IMG/VR virus record: IMGVR_UViG_3300045534_000133
Location: 1-64,000 of that record
Source of the DNA: a virus
Direction: 5' to 3' (one strand)
DNA length: 64,000 bases
Shown here: positions 38,619 through 47,805 of the stretch, piece by piece
How the letters are laid out: each line of letters begins with the position of its first letter
How positions within the stretch are numbered: position 1 is the first letter of the stretch
Program-made: the position numbers and the translations under genes
The notes under the pieces: model-generated
The model's database searches: none
Seen by the model: the letters and a program-made list of their open reading frames with translations, nothing else
Told to the model about the DNA's origin: nothing

Positions 38619-39741
38619 CAGGCTTCGGCGGCTCGATCGTGCGAATAAACTGGGTGCAACGACAGTTGGGATGAATAGGCGGCATCATCACCGGCCCCAC
38701 GGGCGTGGCGAAGGGCTGGGCGAACTTCACACCCTGTGGCGGGTTCATGCCCGGGACCGGCGCGCACACCTCGCACAGGCGCTCGTCGGCGGCCACCACC
38801 CACCGGCGGCGGACCAAGTCCTCCGACAGCAGGCCCTTCTCGATCGCCTGCCTGAAAGCCTCCTGAATCCCCATGTTGGTGGCGCGCAGGCTCTCCGTGC
38901 GGGCAATCGTGCGGGACCGGAACTGCAGGTATTTGCGCTTGTAGGCCGCCACCATCTTGTCGATCTGGGCAGGCGTCAGGGGCTTTTTCGTTGCCTGCGC
39001 CTTCGCGAGCGCGGCGTCGTACCGGAAATCGCGCAGGCGGCGGTTCAGGATGCCGTCTTTCGGGTCGCCGTCGATACCGGGCTTGAACACCTGCCGCCCG
39101 TTCACCCGGTCGATCTGCTGGCCCAACCCCCAACTTGCTGCAGACCGTTTCAGGTGAAAGGTTTCGAGTTCTTTTCGGAAGTTCCCGATCGCGTTGGCTT
39201 GTCGTGTGGTGAGCCCAATGGCTTCTCTGATTTTTTGGGCCTGCTTAATGGGGCCCTGACCGACACGCATGTTTTCCACCAGCACATCACGGATGGTCTC
39301 GCGCGTCGTGCCGCTGATCTGTTTGATGAGGCCAAGGTCATACTCCTGCAGCCAACGGGTGAGAGCGGGATTGATGCGATCGAAGTGGAACTCTGCCCGG
39401 CCGATGAACGGTGCCGTCCCGGGGGCCGCCAAGGCCTCAATCCCGGCCGCCCAGACCGCATCCTGCAGGGCGTCTTTCATCTTGCCCGCCATCATGGCTT
39501 CGGCCTGATCGGCGGCGGCTCCCACTACGGCCAGAACCTTGTCGCCCTGCCCAGATAGCAGCGCCTCTAACAGGGCATCCATATCCAGCATGTCGCCGTG
39601 CGCCTGCAGGAGGTCGAGAACGGCCTTGGCGATCTGCGGCTCAAACTTCTCGGCCAGCTTCTCGGCCAGCGACAGGTCTTCCGGCTTGACCTTGGCTACG
39701 GCGTGATCGTGCCCGCACAGTCTGGAAAATGTCAGCTTCAT
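38605..39741 (-). CDS. MuF/SPP1 gp7-like minor head protein
   Basis: R.RTIARTE, W....DER.C..C, PP.HPNCRC. Confidence 0.92.
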   Translation of the reverse strand: MKLTFSRLCGHDHAVAKVKPEDLSLAEKLAEKFEPQIAKAVLDLLQAHGDMLDMDALLEALLSGQGDKVLAVVGAAADQAEAMMAGKMKDALQDAVWAAGIEALAAPGTAPFIGRAEFHFDRINPALTRWLQEYDLGLIKQISGTTRETIRDVLVENMRVGQGPIKQAQKIREAIGLTTRQANAIGNFRKELETFHLKRSAASWGLGQQIDRVNGRQVFKPGIDGDPKDGILNRRLRDFRYDAALAKAQATKKPLTPAQIDKMVAAYKRKYLQFRSRTIARTESLRATNMGIQEAFRQAIEKGLLSEDLVRRRWVVAADERLCEVCAPVPGMNPPQGVKFAQPFATPVGPVMMPPIHPNCRCTQFIRTIEPPKPVSPA

Positions 39742-39811
39742 AATATCTGCCCTTGACGCCAGAACACTGCTCGCTTACCCATGCTCTAGCTTTATTCGCT
39801 TGGGAGGCGAC

Positions 39812-39925
39812 ATGACACAGAAACCTAACCGGCGCGGCCCCGCTGCGCCATCCCTCGCATGGGCGCCTCTGCAGGCGTTCGTGATCTTCGGCTTTATTGC
39901 CGCCATCTGGGCCATTCTGGCCTGA
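39812..39925 (+). CDS. Small membrane protein (37 aa)
   Basis: GGAGG RBS; MTQKPNRRG...FVIFGFIAAIWAILA. Confidence 0.6.
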   Translation: MTQKPNRRGPAAPSLAWAPLQAFVIFGFIAAIWAILA

Positions 39926-39948
39926 CCCCTTCACAGGAAACCACCACG

Positions 39949-40701
39949 ATGAGCAAGCAACCGAACCTGCCCGGAACGGCGCCGGTCAAAAAGAAGCAGT
40001 ACACCGAATATCCGGGGCGCCGCTGCCCGCATGCGGTGAACCGCCCTCTGCCCCACATCAAATATCAGATTGAAAACCTGCCGGGGTTCCGCACTGTCCT
40101 GCAGCAAACCGGCCTTAGTGTCGCCTCAACCGGCCACTCCGCTGCGCGTCGCATTTTGGGGGCTCACGTCAAACACGGGACCGACTACGCGGTGTTTGTT
40201 GACGAGAACGGTTACGGCGGTTTCGTGCCGAAACCGGGCACCATTCCCGAGGGCGCACGCCTGACGAACCCAAACATTTGCCAATGGGCCTTGCCCAAGC
40301 CGGTCCCCACCGCTGTGGTGCACGGGGTGGTGCATGGGAATGACTCGACCTTCCCTCCCACCTGCACCGGCGCAATCCGGCCTGATCGCCCCGACCTGAA
40401 ACCGTCGGAGTGGGCCAAAGCCCTGACAGCGGTGGTGGGCGCGATCAATCCGGTGACGTTCCGCTATGGCCGGAACGTCACCGACGAGACGGTGGCCGAG
40501 AGCGTTGGACTTCCGGTCGCCGCCATCACCTTGACCCGCCTTGAGGAATACGGCGAGCCGGTGCCCACGGTTAGCCCGGCCGAGTTAATCGCCCTGCGCA
40601 ATGAGGCTACCTCACGGGCCGAGGCGTTCCTGAAATACGCCGCTGACGAGGAAACCTTCGCCGCCCGCATGAACGCCGCCCTCGCGAAACTGGGAGCCTG
40701 A
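39949..40701 (+). CDS. Hypothetical protein
   Basis: AGGA RBS within CCCTTCACAGGA leader. Confidence 0.7.
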   Translation: MSKQPNLPGTAPVKKKQYTEYPGRRCPHAVNRPLPHIKYQIENLPGFRTVLQQTGLSVASTGHSAARRILGAHVKHGTDYAVFVDENGYGGFVPKPGTIPEGARLTNPNICQWALPKPVPTAVVHGVVHGNDSTFPPTCTGAIRPDRPDLKPSEWAKALTAVVGAINPVTFRYGRNVTDETVAESVGLPVAAITLTRLEEYGEPVPTVSPAELIALRNEATSRAEAFLKYAADEETFAARMNAALAKLGA

Positions 40702-40703
40702 TC

Positions 40704-41096
40704 ATGGCCAACACTCCCATCAGAGACGCCAAGCGCGCCGCCACCCGGGCGAAGATCGAGACGGCAGCCAAGGCCGTGTTCGACGCCAAAGGCTGGGAGG
40801 GCGGCGGCATCCGCCTGATCGCCGAGACGGCTGGCGTGTCCATCGGTGCCATCTTCGCCATCTGGCCTGACGGCAAGCGGGCCCTCTGGAGCGAGATTAT
40901 CAAGACCGAGCCGCCGGTGGACGGAGCGCTCTGGCGCTCCGCCCCGGGCATGCTGGCCATCCTTCGGGCCCTGCAGGCAGCGGAGGACATGAATCAGGCC
41001 GTCGGGCTCAAGGCTATGACTACTGAAACCCGCGTGGCGATTGACGCCATCGTGGCCAGCGCCACCACCCCCATGCCGTTCGAGGTGGGCCGATGA
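40704..41096 (+). CDS. TetR-type HTH protein
   Basis: TR..I..AA..VF...G......IA..AGVS.GAIF..W..K..L. Confidence 0.8.
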   Translation: MANTPIRDAKRAATRAKIETAAKAVFDAKGWEGGGIRLIAETAGVSIGAIFAIWPDGKRALWSEIIKTEPPVDGALWRSAPGMLAILRALQAAEDMNQAVGLKAMTTETRVAIDAIVASATTPMPFEVGR

Positions 41097-41455
41097 ACCC
41101 GGCCCCCGAGAGCGCATCCTACCCCGTCGCGGGCGCCGCCGTGGCGTGCGGCGTCGATATCGGCATGGCGCAGCGCTACTGCTGGGCCAACCGGGTGTGG
41201 CTGCTGAACCCTTCCGGGCCGACGCGCCGGGCTTTGGAGGGGGCCTACAATGCCATCCTGCAGGTGTACGGCGACCAGACCACGGCCGCCCTGCAGGAGC
41301 GGCTGGAGGCGGCTATCATGGAGGACCGCATCTACTGGCCGGTCCCGGGCTGGAAAGAGGCGATGGCCGGGCAGCCTGATCGGCCCCTGCCCGACGTGGA
41401 CCGCACTGATGACGACGGCGTGGAGCCGCCGGAGCAGCCGGAGCCGATCGAGTAG
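41093..41455 (+). CDS. Hypothetical protein
   Basis: ATGA coupling to upstream gene. Confidence 0.65.
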   Translation: MNPAPESASYPVAGAAVACGVDIGMAQRYCWANRVWLLNPSGPTRRALEGAYNAILQVYGDQTTAALQERLEAAIMEDRIYWPVPGWKEAMAGQPDRPLPDVDRTDDDGVEPPEQPEPIE

Positions 41456-41524
41456 CGAAGCCGGGGCTGTCCATTTTTGTCAGCTATGCTATGGAGGGCC
41501 CCCGGCTCTGCAACAGGTGAACCC

Positions 41525-41722
41525 GTGACTGAATCCGCCAAACCCAAGGCCCGCCGTGGCTTCGCCTGCATGGACCCGGCCCGCGTCGCCGAGATCGCAG
41601 CCAAGGGTGGTCGCTCTGTGCCGGACGAGAAGCGTTCATTCTCGAAAGACCGCACACTGGCCGAGACCTCCGGCCGCAAGGGAGGCCTCGCTGGGGCCGG
41701 GAAAACGAAAAAGCCGGTCTGA
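41525..41722 (+). CDS. KGG-motif general stress protein (Con-10/YciG-like)
   Basis: RGFACMDP....IAAKGG......RSFS.D..LA...GRKGG. Confidence 0.88.
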   Translation: MTESAKPKARRGFACMDPARVAEIAAKGGRSVPDEKRSFSKDRTLAETSGRKGGLAGAGKTKKPV

Positions 41723-41800
41723 TCATTTTCCCGCTTGCTATATCAGTTCTCTGATATATGTTCCTCCCATAGCCTAGCTATCACTTGGGAGTGAAACGAC

Positions 41801-42004
41801 ATGATCACCTACGAAAAGCGAACCTTCGGGAAGGTTCCGGCCAAGACCGAGTATGTGGTGCGCCTTGATCGCCGCATGGTGGGCCGCATCCGGCCGTTCG
41901 AGGGCGGCTACCGCTACGAGCCCAAGGGCGCGCTCAACAGCATGATGGGCGCAACCTTCCCCACTGTCGCCGCCGCCAAGGCCTCGATCGAGGGCACCGA
42001 CTGA
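41801..42004 (+). CDS. Hypothetical protein
   Basis: GGAG RBS after promoter-like AT-rich gap. Confidence 0.7.
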   Translation: MITYEKRTFGKVPAKTEYVVRLDRRMVGRIRPFEGGYRYEPKGALNSMMGATFPTVAAAKASIEGTD

Positions 42005-42426
42005 TGGACGCCCTGAATACCCTTTCCATCACTGACCAGTTCGTTGTGCTGCGTCAGTTCATCGGCACCGACAAACAGCCCTACAGGGGCCTCCCGGGGC
42101 CTGTGATGGTCTTCCGGGTTAACGCGCTGCAGGCCAAGCCCAGTGAGCCCGAGGACGCCCTGTTTGAGCCCCCGGTGCGCCGCATCGACCTGCGCTCCGA
42201 CGATCGCATCCGCTTCACCGAGCAAGGTGCCGACGTGAAAACCGAACCGCGCGGCGCAAGGCCTTGGCTGCAGGCTCACCCGGCTGCCATGGGCCGCGCC
42301 AACGGCGCCTGCATCGTGCGCCTCACGTCGGAGGGGCGGCGTCGGCTGGCCCTGCTGAACGACCTGATCGAGACACATCAGGCAGCCCCATCATCCGTCC
42401 ACGAACTGATATCTGCATTGTCGTAA
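42004..42426 (+). CDS. Hypothetical protein
   Basis: TGATG coupling. Confidence 0.6.
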   Translation: MDALNTLSITDQFVVLRQFIGTDKQPYRGLPGPVMVFRVNALQAKPSEPEDALFEPPVRRIDLRSDDRIRFTEQGADVKTEPRGARPWLQAHPAAMGRANGACIVRLTSEGRRRLALLNDLIETHQAAPSSVHELISALS

Positions 42427-42470
42427 CAGCTAGAGCGTGCCACCGTATCACTTCACAGAGGAACAACCCC

Positions 42471-42668
42471 ATGATCGACATGCAAGACCCTCGCGACCAC
42501 CGCCGTGTGGCCGCCATGACTACCGACCAAGCCAGCCACAGAGGCTGGGACTTCCGCCCGTGCGACGAGCCGCCGCTGTGGTTCAGGGCCGTGGCCGAGG
42601 TGCTGCGTCCGCGCAGCCTCATCATCTTGGCTGCAATGGCCGGGGTTATCAGCCTGTGGTTTCTGTGA
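42471..42668 (+). CDS. Small protein with C-terminal TM helix
   Basis: GAGGA RBS; hydrophobic C-terminus. Confidence 0.6.
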   Translation: MIDMQDPRDHRRVAAMTTDQASHRGWDFRPCDEPPLWFRAVAEVLRPRSLIILAAMAGVISLWFL

Positions 42669-42874
42669 TGGAAAAAGTTCAGTTGCAGTTACCGACGACG
42701 CCATACCCGCTCGCCACCGCGCCGGTTTACGACCGGACCCGCGATGAGTTTGCAATGGCCGCACTGACGGGGCTTTTGGCGGCTCGCTCATACGACACCA
42801 CTGACGGTCTTGTTTATGCAGCAACCGCCTACACCCTTGCCGACGCCATGCTTAAGCAGAGAGAAGCATCATGA
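42668..42874 (+). CDS. Conserved small phage protein
   Basis: RDEFAMAAL.GLLA...AY.LADAML..R motif. Confidence 0.75.
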   Translation: MEKVQLQLPTTPYPLATAPVYDRTRDEFAMAALTGLLAARSYDTTDGLVYAATAYTLADAMLKQREAS

Positions 42875-43080
42875 CCTCGGATGCCACATACACCACGTCG
42901 GGCGCCAGCATGACGTTGACGCCGGGCCAGACCATTTTCATCAACGGAAAGCGCCATGTGGTCCGCGAGGTCTTCACGCACACGTTCACGGCGGACCCCG
43001 ACACTCGCAATCACCAGACACGGCGGGTTGATCGCGCGAAAGCCCGCGCCGCCGCCAAGTCCAAGAGGAAAGCATCATGA
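42871..43080 (+). CDS. Hypothetical protein
   Basis: ATGA coupling on both sides. Confidence 0.6.
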   Translation: MTSDATYTTSGASMTLTPGQTIFINGKRHVVREVFTHTFTADPDTRNHQTRRVDRAKARAAAKSKRKAS

Positions 43081-43739
43081 CCCCCGACGAACTCCCCGCT
43101 GATATGGAGGGGCGCACCCCTGCACCAGAGGGGGAGGCCCTTTTGTGTCGCCTGTGTTCAATGGGTTTGAAGGAGTGCGATTGCATCTCCGAACCCCGCT
43201 ACGCATCCCCTGTCGTTCCTGCACCAGAGGGGGTGTTTGTTAGCGAGACTTGCGAAGGTGAAGTCTGCTGGTGCGGAAAGCCTGCGGTCCGAAAGGTCGG
43301 GGAGGAGTTTGCGGATGACGAGCCGAACCCTAACCGCCACAACCTCACTCGGTATATCTGCGCCCACCACTTCGCTGAACTCATGGGGCCAGCGGGGGCG
43401 CGGTCTGTCGGCATTGCCCCTGTCGTTCCGGTAGGGAGCGGGGAGGCGGTGGCGCGAGCCACCTGTCAAGACTGCGGTGGCCATATCGAGGGCTGGATTT
43501 GCCAATCGTGCGACCGTCAGTTCCGGGAAAACGACGCGGGCAAACTCGTTTTTGAGGACCAGCCTGTCGTTCCGGTAGGGGTGAGCAGGGAGGAGATTAT
43601 CAAGGCCGTTCGTCCGGTTCTAGACCGGCACCCAATGATCGACAGCAGCCAGTCGCACAAGCTGGACATTCAAGCCGGGTGGGTGGCCGACGCCGTCCTC
43701 GCAGCCCTTACAGGAGAAGACCCCAGAGGGGCAGGGTGA
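43077..43739 (+). CDS. Modular Cys-rich (zinc-finger) protein
   Basis: Three Cys clusters separated by PAPEG/PVVP repeats. Confidence 0.7.
   Translation: MTPDELPADMEGRTPAPEGEALLCRLCSMGLKECDCISEPRYASPVVPAPEGVFVSETCEGEVCWCGKPAVRKVGEEFADDEPNPNRHNLTRYICAHHFAELMGPAGARSVGIAPVVPVGSGEAVARATCQDCGGHIEGWICQSCDRQFRENDAGKLVFEDQPVVPVGVSREEIIKAVRPVLDRHPMIDSSQSHKLDIQAGWVADAVLAALTGEDPRGAG
43119..43580 (+). repeat. Short direct repeats at domain junctions
   Basis: cctgcaccagaggggg at 43119 and 43218; cctgtcgttcc(ggtaggg) at 43209, 43419, 43563. Confidence 0.85.
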
Positions 43740-43936
43740 CCAGCCGCGTCGCGCGCTGGTACGCCACCGACGGCGAACTGGACTTCCTCTGGGAGGCCTA
43801 CGTCCATGAGGGCCAGCACAGGGCCCGGCTGACGGTGATCTGCAGCTACCCCGGGGACTCTGCAACCGGCACCGGGGCGAACGACAACGAGGCCCTATGG
43901 AGCGCGTGGGCCGCTTATCAGGACAGACCACAATGA
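43736..43936 (+). CDS. Hypothetical protein
   Basis: GTGA coupling. Confidence 0.55.
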   Translation: MTSRVARWYATDGELDFLWEAYVHEGQHRARLTVICSYPGDSATGTGANDNEALWSAWAAYQDRPQ

Positions 43937-44319
43937 AGCGGTGCGAGCGAGAAGCCGTCGATATCATCCGGTCCATGCTGGAACCTCACGGCATCACATG
44001 CCGGACAGAACCGGGCGGCAAGCACCTTGCCGTCCACGTCGATCACAACGGCGGCCACCACAAGTTCGCCATCTCCAGCAGTCCCCTGAATCGGGACCAC
44101 CAGCTTACAAACGTGCGTCAGCAGGTGACCGGCTGGATGGAGGCACAAGGCCTCGTCCCCGCGCGCGGGAGGGCTGCACAGAGGCCTAACAAGCGGAGGC
44201 GACAAACCCGGGTAAAGTCCACCATCTATCGCTACGAGGTGTCCATCGACGAAGCCGATCACGGCCCGTCCAGCGACCCTTGGCGGGCGTTGCGGGCCCT
44301 ACAGGGGCAAGAGGCATGA
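43933..44319 (+). CDS. HicA-like (dsRBD fold) protein
   Basis: G......GGKH..V........SSSP......N.R pattern. Confidence 0.5.
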   Translation: MKRCEREAVDIIRSMLEPHGITCRTEPGGKHLAVHVDHNGGHHKFAISSSPLNRDHQLTNVRQQVTGWMEAQGLVPARGRAAQRPNKRRRQTRVKSTIYRYEVSIDEADHGPSSDPWRALRALQGQEA

Positions 44320-45053
44320 CCCGGCCCCTTCTGATTGATCTGTTCTGTGGCGAGGGCGGAGCCGGTGAAGGCTACCGCCGCGCGGGCTGGAGCGTCATCG
44401 GCGTGGACACGGCGCCCCTGATGAAGCGCTACCCGGCCGGGCCGTACCTGCGCATGGACGTGCTGGGCATCGACCCGCGCCTGCTGGCCATGGCCGACGC
44501 CATCCATGCCAGCCCGCCCTGCCAGTTCGGCAGCGAGATCACCCCCGAGGAAGCCCGCCACCGGCACGTCAACCTCATTCCCCAGACCCGGAAGCTGCTG
44601 CAGGCCAGCGGCAAGCCCTACATCATCGAGAACGTGCGCGCCGTCCGGCCGCACCTGATCGACCCGGTGTCGCTGTTCGGCACGATGTTCGGTTGCCGAA
44701 TGATGACCAGCAAGTTCGAGACGTTCGTGCTGTCGAGGGAGCGGCTGTTCGAGACGAACTGGGGGCTCACCGCGCCCCATGATCATGGCCGGGGCATCCA
44801 CCCGATCGCCAACGTCTATGGGGGCCACCTGCGCGCCCGGGGCGGCGACAACCGCACCGGCGGCAAGACTGGCCGCACCGTGGACTTCCCCGGGGAAGAC
44901 CGGCAGGCCCTCGCCCGCGAACTGATGGGCATGCCATGGGCGACGATGAAGGGGATGAGCGAGGCGGTCCCACCGGCCTACACCGAGTTCATCGGTCGGC
45001 GGCTGCTGGAGAAGATCGGGGCCCGATGGGAGCCCCTGCGCCTTACCGCCTAA
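44316..45053 (+). CDS. C5-cytosine DNA methyltransferase-like protein
   Basis: DLFCG.GG, ASPPCQ, IENV, R.R.F, EAVPP. Confidence 0.85.
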   Translation: MTRPLLIDLFCGEGGAGEGYRRAGWSVIGVDTAPLMKRYPAGPYLRMDVLGIDPRLLAMADAIHASPPCQFGSEITPEEARHRHVNLIPQTRKLLQASGKPYIIENVRAVRPHLIDPVSLFGTMFGCRMMTSKFETFVLSRERLFETNWGLTAPHDHGRGIHPIANVYGGHLRARGGDNRTGGKTGRTVDFPGEDRQALARELMGMPWATMKGMSEAVPPAYTEFIGRRLLEKIGARWEPLRLTA

Positions 45054-45151
45054 AATATCAGGGTTGCAATATATCTCAAGGTGTGTTATAATAGCCTCAC
45101 TGGCCAATCGGGCCAGCGACTGTTCTTTCATACCGTGAATAGGAATACACG

Positions 45152-45385
45152 ATGGTAAAGCTGCCAAAGGTTATTGCACGCCCGGACGATCACTACATGA
45201 TCATCTGCCCCGGCTACTGGGGTAAGGGCGAAACCCTCGCCGCCGCCCGCAAGGCCTTGCCGTTCTCTCTTGACGAGGACCGCTGGGTTATTCAGTCGGT
45301 GCACCCCAGCACTAGGCTCGATGGAGACGGCTACCTCGTGCGCGACGGCGGCACTCACGCCCCGCTCGAACTGGCCCGCTCCTGA
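45152..45385 (+). CDS. Hypothetical protein
   Basis: AGGA RBS; sigma70-like TTGCAA...TATAAT upstream at 45064-45093. Confidence 0.65.
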   Translation: MVKLPKVIARPDDHYMIICPGYWGKGETLAAARKALPFSLDEDRWVIQSVHPSTRLDGDGYLVRDGGTHAPLELARS

Positions 45386-45487
45386 CGGCCCGGCCCCCGG
45401 CTCACCCCGGGGGCCATTTTCGTCCTTGACGCCATATCAGACGCCTGACATATCACGCTCTAGCTATCCCCTTCACGGAGACCTGAC

Positions 45488-45697
45488 ATGCCCACACCCA
45501 AAAAAGCGAAGCCGCGCCGCAAGGTGGTCTTCCTCACCATCGCCGTGTCGCTCCGGCCCGGCATCACCGTGGCCCACGCCAAGCGCGAGGTCCGCACCCG
45601 CGTCAACGACCTGACCGAGCATCACTGCTTCCGGCCCGATCGTTCGCAGGCCGAGGAGTCGGACGTTCGCATCAAGCGCGTCGCGAGCGCCCGCTGA
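45488..45697 (+). CDS. Small basic hypothetical protein
   Basis: GGAG RBS. Confidence 0.65.
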   Translation: MPTPKKAKPRRKVVFLTIAVSLRPGITVAHAKREVRTRVNDLTEHHCFRPDRSQAEESDVRIKRVASAR

Positions 45698-46155
45698 TGG
45701 CCGACCCTGCCTTCTACCGGGCCATCGCCCGCCTCGCCGAGGTCGCCAACACGGACGACGCCTCGTGCCTCACCCCTCAAGAGGTCACCACCGTTCTGGT
45801 GACCACCTTACGCGACGCCGCCTCTGATCTGGACCGGGTGCAAGAGGACCGCCAGCGCGGCACCCTGCTGACGCCCGGTGAGATCGGGGCCTACATCGGT
45901 GTGGAGGTGCCTGCCGGTGTCGTCATCGCCGACTGGCTGCGCGAACAGGTGCAGGCCGGAGTGGCCTCACACATGGAGCCGGTGAAAATCGGCCCGCGCC
46001 CGCTTCGGTATGAGGAGATCAGCGTGCACCTCGAACACAAGGCTGGGCGGGGCCTCAACGGCATGACCGTCCAGCCCCTTGTGGCCATCCTCGTACCCGC
46101 TGACGATCTGGCCACATGGACGCGGCAGGGCAAGGCGTTGCGGGTTCCGTCGTGA
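45697..46155 (+). CDS. Hypothetical protein
   Basis: TGATG coupling. Confidence 0.6.
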   Translation: MADPAFYRAIARLAEVANTDDASCLTPQEVTTVLVTTLRDAASDLDRVQEDRQRGTLLTPGEIGAYIGVEVPAGVVIADWLREQVQAGVASHMEPVKIGPRPLRYEEISVHLEHKAGRGLNGMTVQPLVAILVPADDLATWTRQGKALRVPS

Positions 46156-46511
46156 CCGCCGCTGCCCCCACCGCGCTCGATCGCTACCGGGCCGCCAAGC
46201 TGGCGCTGGACACGTTCGACGCCTTCACGAAGCGGCTGCAGGGCGATGCGCCCCGGACGTTCAGGGTGACCACCGAGGCCAGCATCACGGCCGCGACAAA
46301 GCACCCCCAAGCCAACACCTACGACGCCCCGACCTACGTCAACGGCGGCGCCCATCAGGGGTTCAGTAGGTTCTGCGCCGACTGGATTATGACCGAGCGA
46401 CTGGGCCTCGCCGCCGAGTACCGCGCCACGCTGGTTGAGAAGCTGAAAGCGGCCAAGTTCGCCGCCGACGCCGAAGCCCGCGCCCTCCTCATAGAGAACC
46501 CGCCGACATGA
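46152..46511 (+). CDS. Hypothetical protein
   Basis: GTGA coupling. Confidence 0.6.
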   Translation: MTAAAPTALDRYRAAKLALDTFDAFTKRLQGDAPRTFRVTTEASITAATKHPQANTYDAPTYVNGGAHQGFSRFCADWIMTERLGLAAEYRATLVEKLKAAKFAADAEARALLIENPPT

Positions 46512-46822
46512 CCGCCGATTACGAACACTTCTGCGCTCGCACTTTGGCGGCCTACGGCGTGTCGTGGGCTGACGTGATAGGCCCCGATCGGCGGCCAACA
46601 ACAAGGGCAGCCCGGGACGCCGTCTGCTGGATGCTGCACCAGCGGCAGGAAAAGCCCTATTCGCATGAGTACAGCTACAGCCACATCGGCCGCATCATCG
46701 GCGGCCGGAGTGAAACCACCGTGCGGGACTCGATCGTGCGCCACGAGGGCCGGATAGACCTGCTTGACCGTGCCGCTAACGCCCGCCACGCTTATCTGTC
46801 ATCAATGGAGGCCCACCCATGA
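46508..46822 (+). CDS. Stand-alone DnaA C-terminal (domain IV)-like HTH protein
   Basis: YGVS..D..G..R.....AR.......SY..IG...GGR..TTV. Confidence 0.8.
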   Translation: MTADYEHFCARTLAAYGVSWADVIGPDRRPTTRAARDAVCWMLHQRQEKPYSHEYSYSHIGRIIGGRSETTVRDSIVRHEGRIDLLDRAANARHAYLSSMEAHP

Positions 46823-47028
46823 AACTCGTGCTTCAAATCGCCGCTGGCCTCGTTCTGGCCGTCCTGATCATCTCCTTGCTGCCCTCGATGGGCTACGTCT
46901 TCGGCTACGCAGTCGGCATCCTCGTTTTCGCGGGCATCCCTCTGGCCATGTGTGGGCTGCTGATCTGGGGCATGGTGGCGGCCTACCGCTACCTGAAACG
47001 CCAGAAAGCGACCCCCGACCGCCGCTAA
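46819..47028 (+). CDS. Small membrane protein
   Basis: GGAGG RBS; two hydrophobic segments. Confidence 0.65.
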   Translation: MKLVLQIAAGLVLAVLIISLLPSMGYVFGYAVGILVFAGIPLAMCGLLIWGMVAAYRYLKRQKATPDRR

Positions 47029-47108
47029 CCAGACGGGGCGAATCCGCCTATGCGAGATTCCCAGAACCTCTGACTTGGAGGTGTCCGTGTTGCTTGGGGC
47101 GAAAACCG

Positions 47109-47597
47109 ATGGACCCTACCGTTCAGACGGCTCTCATAGGGGCTGCAGCCACCGTCCTGACCCTCGTGATCGCCGAGGCCGGGAAACGGTGGAAAACGGC
47201 ACATGACAGGCGGGCCGCCGAGGCTGCAACAAGGGTCACCGACGCTGACGCCGAGGTGCGCACCACCGACGCTCTCGGTGCCGCCTTCCGAACGATTACC
47301 GAGTCCCTGACCATCATCCACGACCTTCGCGCACGACTTGGGAAAGTCGAGACAGACCTGATGGCGGCCCGATCAGAGATCGAAGCACTGCAGCGCGCCA
47401 ACACGAATCTGAAAGACGAGAAGATCAGCCTGACGACGCAGCTTGAACTGGCGCGGCAGGAAAAGGCCTTGGCCCGAAACCATCTTGAACTGGCGCGTGG
47501 CGACATTCGGACCCTCAAGGATGTTCTCTCGTCGCACCCGGCAGTCGTGATGCCCAAGCTGGCGTCAGAGCGCAGGCTTGACGGCAAGGAAGCGTAA
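47109..47597 (+). CDS. Membrane-anchored coiled-coil protein
   Basis: N-terminal TM then heptad-rich helix. Confidence 0.65.
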   Translation: MDPTVQTALIGAAATVLTLVIAEAGKRWKTAHDRRAAEAATRVTDADAEVRTTDALGAAFRTITESLTIIHDLRARLGKVETDLMAARSEIEALQRANTNLKDEKISLTTQLELARQEKALARNHLELARGDIRTLKDVLSSHPAVVMPKLASERRLDGKEA

Positions 47598-47682
47598 GCG
47601 TAACCAGCGCTCGCCCCGGGACGAAACAGGCCCGGGGGTTGCGTCACACGCTGGGCTGACAGCGCGGAAGGTGGATGCCAGA

Positions 47683-47720
47683 AGGCCCCGGGGGACGACC
47701 CCTCTCCGGGGCCTTTTTGT
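47683..47720 (+). terminator. Intrinsic terminator
   Basis: aggccccgg/ccggggcct stem followed by T-run. Confidence 0.75.
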
Positions 47721-47805
47721 TGCCCCCCTGACATTTCCTCCTTGCCCGTTTGGACCTAAACAGCTAAAGCATGGGAGCCGCACTGACGCGGCCTTGGGAG
47801 ACGAC

